DNA of 64,000 bases from an uncultured Gammaproteobacteria bacterium. GTDB lineage: Bacteria > Patescibacteriota > Microgenomatia > Daviesbacterales > UBA10151. The notes beneath the pieces were generated by a model. It was given only the letters and a program-made list of their open reading frames with translations, made no database searches and had not been told where the DNA came from. The stretch covers positions 28,976 to 92,975 of the forward strand of contig CAZFYQ010000003.1 in assembly GCA_964523905.1 (NCBI GenBank). Direction: 5' to 3'. Position numbers and translations under genes: made by a program. How positions within the stretch are numbered: position 1 is the first letter of the stretch; each line of letters opens with the position of its first letter. Below are positions 36,777 through 45,374 of this stretch, piece after piece.

Positions 36777-36838
36777 TGTGATCCGGGTGAGAAAATATGC
36801 CCTTTTTCTTCGAAAAAGAGCGAACTCACAACCAATTA
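36777..36838 (-). pseudogene. tRNA(Lys-like) 3'-half relic with a hairpin in the T-loop
   Basis: TAATTGGTT-GTGAG-TTC[GCTCTTTTTC-GAA-GAAAAAGGGC]ATATTTT-CTCAC-CCGGATC-ACA. Confidence 0.6.
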
Positions 36839-36842
36839 GATG

Positions 36843-36914
36843 TGGGTCGGCCGGGATTCGAACCCGGAACCAATAACTTAAGAGGCTACTGCTCTACCGT
36901 TGAGCTACCGACCC
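36843..36914 (-). tRNA. tRNA-Lys(CTT)
   Basis: Acceptor GGGTCGG/CCGACCC, anticodon loop CTCTTAA, T arm CCGGG-TTCGAAT-CCCGG. Confidence 0.96.
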
Positions 36915-36998
36915 AATTTGTATATTCTAGCAATTTATGAGTAAAAATGGTATTATACGTTACCTGCCAGCGATCCCGCTTAGGCGGGATTTTTTAAT

Positions 36999-38777
36999 AT
37001 GGATATAAGGAACGTCGCCATCATTGCTCACGTTGATCACGGTAAAACTACTTTGGTAGATGCCTTGCTTCGTCAATCTTCAACTGATTTAGGTAAAGGT
37101 TTTACTGATGAAAGCCATTTAATTATGGATAGTAATGACTTGGAAAAAGAACGCGGCATTACGATTTTCTCCAAGAATGCCTCTGTTCACTGGAAAGACA
37201 CTAAAATTAATATCATTGATACACCGGGGCATGCTGATTTTGGTGGTGAAGTGGAGAGAGTCTTAAAAATGGCAGATGGTGCCTTACTTTTAATTGATGC
37301 TAAAGAAGGTCCAATGCCACAAACCCGATTTGTTTTGAAAAAAGCTTTGGAAATGAAGCTAAAAATTATTGTGGTGGTTAATAAAATTGATAAACCGGAT
37401 GCCAGAATCAGCCATGTCCTCAATAAAGTGTTTGACCTATTTATCGAGCTGGGTGCAGATGAGGAAACAGCCTACTTCCCCACTCTTTATGCTTCTGGAA
37501 AACAAGGCAAAGCTGGTTTAGAACCAGATTTGTCAAAGATGACTAATATTTCTCCAGTATTTGATGCCATTGTTAAAGAAATCCCAGCTCCGGCTTCTGA
37601 TGAAACAGCACCTTTGCAAATCCTGATTACCAATACTTTGTATGATAATTTTAAAGGCCGAATTGCCACTGGTCGAGTTTACAATGGCACTGTTAAAACC
37701 GGACAAGACGTGGCACACATCAACCGTGATGGCCTGGTCAAAAAGTTTAAGTTAACTTCTTTAATGGGTTTTGAAGGGTTAAATAGGGTGGATATTACTG
37801 AGGCCAAAGCCGGAGACATTATTGCTTTGTCAGGAATTCCGGATATTACTATTGGTGAAACTATTGCTGATCCAATTACCCCGATTGCTTTACCTGTTTT
37901 AGATATTGAAGAATCAACTGTTAGGATGAGTTTTGGAGTCAATACTTCCCCATTTGCCGGACGGGAGGGTGAGTTTAAAACAGCCAGACAAATTAGGGAC
38001 CGCTTACTTAAAGCCGCAGAAGCTGATGTGGCTTTAACAGTAGAAGATGGTGCATCCGGTGAAATGAAAGTGTCCGGCCGTGGAGAGCTACATTTGGCAA
38101 TTTTGATTGAAAGACTGCGTCGTGAAGGTTATGAATTCCAAGTTGGTAAGCCACAAGTGATTGAAAAAACTGAAAACGGCAAACTAATGACTCCTTATGA
38201 AAAAGTGGCGATTGAGGTTCCGGAAAACTTGTCTGGTACAGTAATGCAAAATATGGGTCTTAGACACGGTACCTTGGTAGAAATGAGCACAGAAAGTAAT
38301 GTTACTTACATGGAATTTATTATTGCTACTAAAGAATTCTTTGGTTACCGTAGCCAATTTGTGACTGACACCAAAGGCTTAGGGGTATTAAATTCCTCCT
38401 TCTTTGAATATCGGGTTGATCCTGGTGGTAAATATGAAAGACAACAAGGGTCTTTGGTGGTTCATGAAACCGGATCTACTAAACTGTATGCTTTAACAGG
38501 AGCTCAAGACAGAGGAAACTTGTTTATTGGTCCGGCTACAGAGGTTTACAAGGGTCAGGTAATTGGTTCCAGCTCCCGAGGAGATGATATTAGTATTAAT
38601 GTTTGTAAAGAAAAACAGCAAACCAACCATCGTTCATCCGGTGAAGGAATTTCTGATCACTTTAATACACCAAAACTAATGAGCTTGGAAAACGCTATTG
38701 AATATATTAATGACACCGAACTAGTTGAAGTAACCCCCAAAAACATCCGCATCCGCAAAATAGATTTAGGAAGGTAA
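36999..38777 (+). CDS. typA: translational GTPase TypA/BipA
   Basis: AHVDHGKTT, ERGITI, DTPGHADFGGEVER, GRGELHL, EVTPKNIRIRK. Confidence 0.96.
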   Translation: MDIRNVAIIAHVDHGKTTLVDALLRQSSTDLGKGFTDESHLIMDSNDLEKERGITIFSKNASVHWKDTKINIIDTPGHADFGGEVERVLKMADGALLLIDAKEGPMPQTRFVLKKALEMKLKIIVVVNKIDKPDARISHVLNKVFDLFIELGADEETAYFPTLYASGKQGKAGLEPDLSKMTNISPVFDAIVKEIPAPASDETAPLQILITNTLYDNFKGRIATGRVYNGTVKTGQDVAHINRDGLVKKFKLTSLMGFEGLNRVDITEAKAGDIIALSGIPDITIGETIADPITPIALPVLDIEESTVRMSFGVNTSPFAGREGEFKTARQIRDRLLKAAEADVALTVEDGASGEMKVSGRGELHLAILIERLRREGYEFQVGKPQVIEKTENGKLMTPYEKVAIEVPENLSGTVMQNMGLRHGTLVEMSTESNVTYMEFIIATKEFFGYRSQFVTDTKGLGVLNSSFFEYRVDPGGKYERQQGSLVVHETGSTKLYALTGAQDRGNLFIGPATEVYKGQVIGSSSRGDDISINVCKEKQQTNHRSSGEGISDHFNTPKLMSLENAIEYINDTELVEVTPKNIRIRKIDLGR

Positions 38778-38790
38778 AATTTTTAATTAT

Positions 38791-38815
38791 ATCCTTCACT
38801 TCGTTCAGGATGACA
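38791..38815. repeat. short palindromic element between convergent genes
   Basis: ATCCTTCACTTCGTTCAGGATGACA; ends in GGATGACA like the element at 2327 read on the minus strand. Confidence 0.5.
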
Positions 38816-38818
38816 AGA

Positions 38819-39718
38819 TTATTTTTTAAAGGCTGTGACTTTGTACATGGAAAATAACAGTACTACTACTCCCAAAATTTGAGTCAGGGTTAATCCCTGG
38901 TGGAAATAAAAGTAGCCAATGAAAATGGCTGAAGCCGGCCAAATTAATTCATAAATAGTACTGGTACGGGCCGGAATTTTCTTTAAGCCATAATAATAAA
39001 TCGCCAAAGCCACCATACCAGTAGAAAAGGTAATTGTTAGCAGAGCCAGCCACTGATTTGTGTTCAAAGTAGTTAGAGCCGCGGTTTGGTGTAACCCCAC
39101 AATCAAGGCAAATGCCATAATTGGAGCCAGCAGAAAACGTAAGCCAGTAACAGTTAATGAGGAAGTTTTGTTCAGCACGTATTTACTAATTGCAGTTGAA
39201 GATCCCCACATCATCCCGGCAAGGAGTGCCAAGCCACCAGCAATGGCAGTACCTCCACCAGTTTGCAAATTAACGCTTAAATCTTTAAAAGTAATAAAGT
39301 AGGTAGAGACTAAAGCCACGACAGCCCAAAGTAAGAAGTTTTTGGTCAGTTTTTCTCTTAATAACAAAGCAGCAGTTGAGATAGTCCAAATAGGCTGCAA
39401 TTGTTGCAGTAAAACCACAACCGAAAATTGGATATAGTTAATCTGACCCAAAGCTGCAGTATAAAAAAGAGTACCTAAAACCGATGCAAATAAAGCTACC
39501 AGCGCAATGGCAATCCACTCCTTTTTGGTCATCTTACCAATGTCTTTAACCCATTTTGGAGCTAAGAATAGTAGTACAATAATTCCCAGAAGATGTTCGT
39601 AGAAAACTACCACTGCCGGAGGTAAGGCGTATAAGCTGACCCGAAGCAGGCCATCAAGACTCCACAAAAGAGCTGCAATAATAACAAACAGCGGACCAAA
39701 GTCCTTTAATTTTTTCAT
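38819..39718 (-). CDS. EamA/DMT transporter, probable riboflavin transporter (RibN-like)
   Basis: Two EamA repeats; lies directly downstream of an FMN riboswitch. Confidence 0.8.
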   Translation of the reverse strand: MKKLKDFGPLFVIIAALLWSLDGLLRVSLYALPPAVVVFYEHLLGIIVLLFLAPKWVKDIGKMTKKEWIAIALVALFASVLGTLFYTAALGQINYIQFSVVVLLQQLQPIWTISTAALLLREKLTKNFLLWAVVALVSTYFITFKDLSVNLQTGGGTAIAGGLALLAGMMWGSSTAISKYVLNKTSSLTVTGLRFLLAPIMAFALIVGLHQTAALTTLNTNQWLALLTITFSTGMVALAIYYYGLKKIPARTSTIYELIWPASAIFIGYFYFHQGLTLTQILGVVVLLFSMYKVTAFKK

Positions 39719-39719
39719 C

Positions 39720-39838
39720 GTTCAATCTTTCATTCTGACTTTACAGCCGCTACCGGAGTTTCGCCGGTTCGTGTCCGGCAATGCCGGACTCGTGGAGTGT
39801 ACCACCGATTAGGATTTTCACCTGACCCCGAAAGAACA
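39720..39838 (-). promoter_or_regulatory. FMN (RFN) riboswitch
   Basis: UUCGGGG.CAGGUGAAAAUCCU.AUCGGUGGUA..CUCCACGA...CCGGCGAAACUCCGG...CUGUAAAGUCAG.AUGAAAG matches the RFN P1-P6 layout. Confidence 0.87.
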
Positions 39839-39868
39839 TTTTTATCTTATGCAGATAGTTCTGGTTTG

Positions 39869-40888
39869 TCAATTACTAGAATGAGAAGTTACATGAACAT
39901 AGGGACTTGTTAACTCTTCAAGCAAACAAGCTACTACTCCGCTAGCTATCATGAAAGCTCTAGTAGAATTTTTCCTAATAACCTTTTTAAAAGAAGGTTG
40001 CTCCATTGCTAGAGCTACCACCTCTGGTACTAAACGAGCCCTTGCATTGATAAAATCACCAGTACTATCTTTTAATAACTTTAGTTTGCCAAAACCGTTT
40101 AAGTAATCTAATAATGGTTCAATTTCAGTCATTCCTTCTTGATATTCTCTAGTTGCTACTGAAACTAAATCCTGTCCGGGATTTGATCCCTCCTCTAGAT
40201 CTGTCCATAAATTCTCTTTAAGATGATGTTCATTTTCTGCATAATCCTCAGCCATTTTATCTTCAGCTCCCCCAAAAGCGTCAATAGCCCTTTGCCAATC
40301 CTTAAAACCCATATCACCCAAGTAAGTTGTTGGACCAATAAACTTTATTAAAAGTTCATTTCTTGGAGTGTTACGCGGGTCACTTGATACAGTTAAAATA
40401 TCATTTGCATTTAACCATTTTGCTTGAGTATTAAATGCTCGTGTATAAAAATCACGATATCTTCCTTGGAATCCTTTGTTAGGAAATTGCGCTAGTAAGG
40501 AAGTCGTTCTTACTAAATCGGCCTCTATTTGAACTGGATCATCTACCGTACCCAAAGTCAGTGTGGCATAGAAAGAATTTGGTGCCCCTCTTGGTTTATC
40601 CAAATCTATACCATATAAATCTTGCCAATGTAGGTATTGGAAGTGAGAGAAAACAGTTGGATCACTAAATCCCCCCTGTCTTATTTGAAAAATGCCTCCC
40701 CTTAATAAAGTAATAGCACGCTTTGCGTTTTCTGCAACTGGCTGAATATCTGATGTTGCTAAATTTTGAATTGCCCTATTAAACTTAGTAGTAGCTTTAA
40801 AGACATCTGGATTAACTTCCCGTCCAAAAAAACCTGCCTGGTCTGGGTTTTCAGGAAGCGGACCTATTTCTATTTGTTGCGCATTCAT
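39869..40888 (-). CDS. hypothetical protein (ORFan)
   Basis: 339-aa ORF, no motif recognised. Confidence 0.7.
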   Translation of the reverse strand: MNAQQIEIGPLPENPDQAGFFGREVNPDVFKATTKFNRAIQNLATSDIQPVAENAKRAITLLRGGIFQIRQGGFSDPTVFSHFQYLHWQDLYGIDLDKPRGAPNSFYATLTLGTVDDPVQIEADLVRTTSLLAQFPNKGFQGRYRDFYTRAFNTQAKWLNANDILTVSSDPRNTPRNELLIKFIGPTTYLGDMGFKDWQRAIDAFGGAEDKMAEDYAENEHHLKENLWTDLEEGSNPGQDLVSVATREYQEGMTEIEPLLDYLNGFGKLKLLKDSTGDFINARARLVPEVVALAMEQPSFKKVIRKNSTRAFMIASGVVACLLEELTSPYVHVTSHSSN

Positions 40889-40933
40889 TTATTTAATAGT
40901 TTGAATTTAACATACACTCTCCCACTTTTCAAC

Positions 40934-41663
40934 ATTAGGCAGACACCTTAAAGGTGAGTGCGTAAAAATTAGTCGTTTATATCTATTAATTGGTGTTTAA
41001 TAATTTCTAATTCACTACCATAAGCTATTTGGTCCTCTGTGAATTCTTTATATCTCTCAGGCGAGGAGAAGAAAGCCAGAACCTCACCTAAGGCGCAATA
41101 CCTTGAGTTACCTGATAAATATTCCTCATAAGATGACCAAGGATAAGCTTCCAGCTCTTTTACCATTCCCGACACTATTGGATTTAAATGAATATAGCGG
41201 GACACATGGACGAATTGCTCATCTGACTCAATTAAAACAGATTTAAATGTGCCTTGAAAAAGTGATCCTACCCGTCGGTATTTAGTATTGAAGTATTTGG
41301 TATAACTGTTAGCCAGCTGACTTGAAAAAAGTGAAATACCGCCATCCTTTAGTTGTTTTACCAGAAAATGGAAATGATTTGGCATTAAGCAATAAGCCAG
41401 AATTTCAACCAGTTTCTTATCCTGTTGAGGTATAAAGGAACTAAATGTATTTCTTGATAGCTTAGACAATCGGGATTTTGGTCCTTGGTATTGATAGTAA
41501 TAGAAGGTATTTTGAAACCTGCGATAATCTCTAGGTTGGGTAAAGATATCACGTTTCTCACTACCTCTATTGTAGATATGATAAATCTCACCGCTTACTA
41601 GTGGAACTAGTCTTCCTGGCATTATCTTTAGTTTACGAGTACACCTTAAAGGTGTCAAGCTAA
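40934..41663 (-). mobile_element. RAYT1 locus: Y1 transposase flanked by inverted REPs
   Basis: CACCT-N3-AGGTG hairpins at 40944-40956 and 41642-41654, each with a TTACG motif, in opposite orientations. Confidence 0.72.
40969..41622 (-). CDS. REP-associated tyrosine transposase (Y1/HUH, IS200-like)
   Basis: YHIYNRG, YCLMPNHFHFL, YIHLNP, YPWSS; start MPGRL. Confidence 0.92.
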   Translation of the reverse strand: MPGRLVPLVSGEIYHIYNRGSEKRDIFTQPRDYRRFQNTFYYYQYQGPKSRLSKLSRNTFSSFIPQQDKKLVEILAYCLMPNHFHFLVKQLKDGGISLFSSQLANSYTKYFNTKYRRVGSLFQGTFKSVLIESDEQFVHVSRYIHLNPIVSGMVKELEAYPWSSYEEYLSGNSRYCALGEVLAFFSSPERYKEFTEDQIAYGSELEIIKHQLIDIND

Positions 41664-41707
41664 TGCAAAGAAGTTATATTTAAGCTTGCTTATGATAAAC
41701 TAAGAAT

Positions 41708-43312
41708 ATGCTGGTTTTACTGTTGTTTGCTTTTATTTCCGGATTGGTAACTATTTTAGCTCCTTGTATTTGGCCGCTTTTGCCTATTATTTTATCTTCC
41801 ACTGCCAGCGGAGGCCACAAAAAACCTTTAGGAATTACCGTGGGAATTATGGCCAGTTTTGCAGTATTTACCCTAGCTATTTCTTATATAGTTAAAATAA
41901 TCCCTTTTGACCCCAATGTTTTGCGGCTATTTGCAGTAATAGTGATTGGATTTCTCGGACTTACTCTAATTATCCCGGCTCTATCACAGCTGCTGGAAGG
42001 CTGGGTCAGTAGATTAAGCGGACGGTTTGCTCCTACCTCCACAAATCCTAGCAGCGGATTTGTATCTGGCTTAGTGACCGGATTTTCATTAGGACTAGTT
42101 TGGTCTCCTTGTGCCGGGCCAATCTTAGCTTCTATTGCCACTTTAGCAGCCACCAGGGCTGTTAATTTGGAGATAATTTTAGTTACTTTTGCCTATGTGT
42201 TAGGAACTGGAATCCCTTTATTTATTTTTGCTACAGTGGGCCGAAAATTATTAACTGGTACTTCCCGGCTCTCACCCTATACCGGTTTAATTCAGCGGAT
42301 TTTTGGGGTGTTAATGATTCTAACAGCCATTGCTATTTATACCGGCTATGACAAAGTGATTCAGACCAATCTACTGAATTTATTTCCGGCTTATACTCAG
42401 GGTTTGACTAATTTGGAAAATCAGCCAGGGGTGCAAAAAGAAATTAAAAGTTTAACCGGTAATTCCAGCCAGCCCAATTATGGTCCGGCACCGGATTTTG
42501 TTGGCGGCACTAAATGGCTGAACACTCCTTCCCCGCTAACCATTCAGAGCTTGCGCGGTAAAGTAGTGTTAGTAGATTTCTGGACTTATACTTGTATTAA
42601 CTGTATCCGTACTTTACCGTTTGTGACCAGTTGGTATGACAAATATCATACTCAGGGTTTTGTGGTAATTGGTGTACATACACCAGAATTTGAATTTGAA
42701 AAGAATACTGACAATGTTTTAGCTGCTATTAAACAATATAATATTCATTACCCGGTGGTACAGGATAATAATTATGCCATTTGGCAATCTTATTCTAACC
42801 AGTACTGGCCAGCGGAATATTTAATTGATGCTAAGGGTAATATCAGGCATACTCATTTTGGTGAAGGTGAATATGATCAAACTGAAAAAGCGATTCAGGA
42901 TTTGTTAAAGGAAGCTGGAGCAGCCAGTGTCAGCGCCGGTTTGGTTAATATGCCGGATCAAACCCCGACCCAGCAATTAACTCCAGAAACCTATTTAGGA
43001 TCCAGTAAGACTGAGGATAATGGAGAGACTTTAAATAATAATTGGGATATTCAACCAGAGTATGCCCAGGCCAAAGCAGGTGCTAGCTTAGATTTTGATT
43101 TTACTGCAGCCAAAGTTTTTCTGGTGATGACACCAGCTACTACTGCTGATGCCGTGGCAGTAACTTTAGATGGAAATCCGATTAATGAAATTATGATTAA
43201 TGAATCCAAGCTTTATACACTGGTTGATTTACAAACTGTTGGCAAACATAAACTGCATTTAGACTTCAAGACACCTGGAACTAAAGTTTACGCCTTCACG
43301 TTCGGAAGTTAA
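41708..43312 (+). CDS. dipZ: DipZ-like CcdA-thioredoxin fusion
   Basis: APCIWPLLP, WSPCAGP, DFWTYTCINC, C-terminal AFTFG. Confidence 0.88.
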   Translation: MLVLLLFAFISGLVTILAPCIWPLLPIILSSTASGGHKKPLGITVGIMASFAVFTLAISYIVKIIPFDPNVLRLFAVIVIGFLGLTLIIPALSQLLEGWVSRLSGRFAPTSTNPSSGFVSGLVTGFSLGLVWSPCAGPILASIATLAATRAVNLEIILVTFAYVLGTGIPLFIFATVGRKLLTGTSRLSPYTGLIQRIFGVLMILTAIAIYTGYDKVIQTNLLNLFPAYTQGLTNLENQPGVQKEIKSLTGNSSQPNYGPAPDFVGGTKWLNTPSPLTIQSLRGKVVLVDFWTYTCINCIRTLPFVTSWYDKYHTQGFVVIGVHTPEFEFEKNTDNVLAAIKQYNIHYPVVQDNNYAIWQSYSNQYWPAEYLIDAKGNIRHTHFGEGEYDQTEKAIQDLLKEAGAASVSAGLVNMPDQTPTQQLTPETYLGSSKTEDNGETLNNNWDIQPEYAQAKAGASLDFDFTAAKVFLVMTPATTADAVAVTLDGNPINEIMINESKLYTLVDLQTVGKHKLHLDFKTPGTKVYAFTFGS

Positions 43313-44694
43313 TTCTCTAAGGCTAACACTTGTTTGAGTAAGGCTTCTTTTTTGCTTAAGTAAGCAATGTTATACTTGGGAAAGTACAAAAATACTGCCG
43401 GAGAATCCTCCAGTAACACTTTTTGTAAATCAAAATAGTTGGCCTTGCGGTCTTTTTCAGCAATGACCTTTCGACCATCTTCCAAATCCTTATCTGCTCT
43501 TTTAGAGTCATATTTAGTTAAATTAGTAGCTGTTTGAGTGGCATGCCACAGTACATATTGATCAGGGTCAACCGGAATGCTTTGAGTAATTAGCATGGCC
43601 TGGAAATTTTGCGGAATTCCGGATTCAATCCTCATCTTGGCATTAATTCCCAGATTATCCCAGTCTTTAACAATCTGGTTTCCAACATCCTCCAAATTAG
43701 AGGTAGTCGTTAAAATAATTTGTTCCTTAAGCTGATCATCAGTTAAATTACCTTTGGCACGACCTAAGGCAGACTTGGCTTCATCTATATTATCCAAATA
43801 TTTTTTAGAATCCGGATCATAAGCCCACAAAGTGGGTGGATAAGGATTATTAGCCTCTTTTTCCCCGGCAATCTTGGGGGCAGAATAAGCCAGGGCCTGA
43901 CGCAAGGAACGGCTAGACAGCGCAGCATCCTTGGTATTGAACAAAATACTAACTAGTTTGGTATAGTCAGTTTGAGAAATTAAGGAGACATGAGAGCCAG
44001 AGGGAAAATCTTTGGAATTATTAAAACCTAATAAAGCTTGGGCCTCTCCTAAATCAAATCCAGTGACAGCTACTTTTTCACTAGGGTAAAAACGCACTGA
44101 CAAAGCTGGTAATTGCCCTTGCGGAGCTTGCAAATCAATTTTGGTAATAAAAATTCGGGATTTCTCAATTCTGGTAATTTTGTAAGGCCCGGTGCCAATT
44201 AAGGTACCTTTTTTAACAATTGGTTTTATTAATAAGGAGGGAAACGGTGAATAAGCTTCTTTTAAATTAAACTGAATAGTTTGGTCATTAGGATAGGAAA
44301 CTGTCACATTAGGGATTTCAAAATCCAAATCTGTGGATTTAATAGTTGAACCGTCAGTCCATTTCAAATTGGACTTTAATTTAAATTTAAAGATAGTGGC
44401 ATCATTGTTAACTTCCCAACCAGAGGCTAAATTAGGCTTTAAACGACCATTTTCATCCGGCTTCACCAAACTGTCAGAAATTAAATTGGTTACTTGCACT
44501 GGTAAATCATGCTCTTGATAAGTACCAATTAAGGCAATGGTCAGGGTGTTAGGATTATAAAACAGACTAAATTCCACTTGGGCAAAAATCACCAAGGCCA
44601 CGGTTAAAAACCCCAGGAAAAACCACAGCTTGGCGCGCTTAACGTAGCCAAAAGCAATTAATACCCACAGTTTTAAAGCACGGAAACTCTTCAT
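43309..44694 (-). CDS. ABC transporter substrate-binding protein, family 5
   Basis: PNLASGW, KWTDG, GTGPYK; N-terminal TM anchor. Confidence 0.85.
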   Translation of the reverse strand: MKSFRALKLWVLIAFGYVKRAKLWFFLGFLTVALVIFAQVEFSLFYNPNTLTIALIGTYQEHDLPVQVTNLISDSLVKPDENGRLKPNLASGWEVNNDATIFKFKLKSNLKWTDGSTIKSTDLDFEIPNVTVSYPNDQTIQFNLKEAYSPFPSLLIKPIVKKGTLIGTGPYKITRIEKSRIFITKIDLQAPQGQLPALSVRFYPSEKVAVTGFDLGEAQALLGFNNSKDFPSGSHVSLISQTDYTKLVSILFNTKDAALSSRSLRQALAYSAPKIAGEKEANNPYPPTLWAYDPDSKKYLDNIDEAKSALGRAKGNLTDDQLKEQIILTTTSNLEDVGNQIVKDWDNLGINAKMRIESGIPQNFQAMLITQSIPVDPDQYVLWHATQTATNLTKYDSKRADKDLEDGRKVIAEKDRKANYFDLQKVLLEDSPAVFLYFPKYNIAYLSKKEALLKQVLALEN

Positions 44695-44698
44695 AAAC

Positions 44699-44917
44699 TT
44701 AGAAAGCTAAGCCAATTAACGAGGATAAGATTAACACGGTAGAGATGACAATAGTGGCATAAAATAAAAACTTTTCCGCTCCTCTTTTGGTACGATAAAA
44801 ACTGGCCTCAGTGCCACCAAAAGAATTGCCTAAACCAGACCCTTTTTGCTGTACCAGGATTACTACCACCAGTAAGACCGCCAGGATTATTTGAAATAAA
44901 GAAATTACAGCACGCAT
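44699..44917 (-). CDS. secG: preprotein translocase subunit SecG
   Basis: ILVQQKGSGLG..FGG, RGAEKFL. Confidence 0.92.
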   Translation of the reverse strand: MRAVISLFQIILAVLLVVVILVQQKGSGLGNSFGGTEASFYRTKRGAEKFLFYATIVISTVLILSSLIGLAF

Positions 44918-44938
44918 TTGAGTTATTATACACTACAA

Positions 44939-45340
44939 TCAGTGGGCTAGCCACTGCAGGAAATGGGTGATTACTCCAATTGATAAACTGGCTAATACGG
45001 CTACCCAAAAAACAGTTAAATCCATTGAAGGAATTGACACTACATTAAGATTAATTCCCGGGAAACGATATGATACCAAAGCAAAATCCGTAACCAGTGT
45101 GGTCAGAGCATATAAAGCCAATACATTAATTAACCAGGCAAACAGGCCTACGGTCAACAAATTCAAAGGTAAAAACAATACTTTCAAAAGCGGTACTAGC
45201 AGCCAATTAATTAACATAAAAGCCGCCGCCCCAATCGCCAAACTCTTAAATCCGCCATTAATAGTAAACCCGGGTACTAACCTGGCAGTAACAGTTAACG
45301 AAACCGCATTAATTAAAAATGCCCTAAGCAGTGTTTTCAT
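44939..45340 (-). CDS. phage-holin-family (YvlD-like) membrane protein
   Basis: PLLKVLFLPLNLLTVGLF..LIN motif. Confidence 0.85.
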   Translation of the reverse strand: MKTLLRAFLINAVSLTVTARLVPGFTINGGFKSLAIGAAAFMLINWLLVPLLKVLFLPLNLLTVGLFAWLINVLALYALTTLVTDFALVSYRFPGINLNVVSIPSMDLTVFWVAVLASLSIGVITHFLQWLAH

Positions 45341-45374
45341 TGAATATTTTAATATTACTATATATAATCCAGAC

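Noticed and set aside
44939-45340. Holin as evidence of a prophage
   Set aside because: YvlD-like family gene next to secG in a housekeeping context.
44967-45374. N-terminal 136 aa of the 610-aa ORF
   Set aside because: Antisense shadow of the holin-family gene; the true start is likely ATG 45375 after TATAAT.
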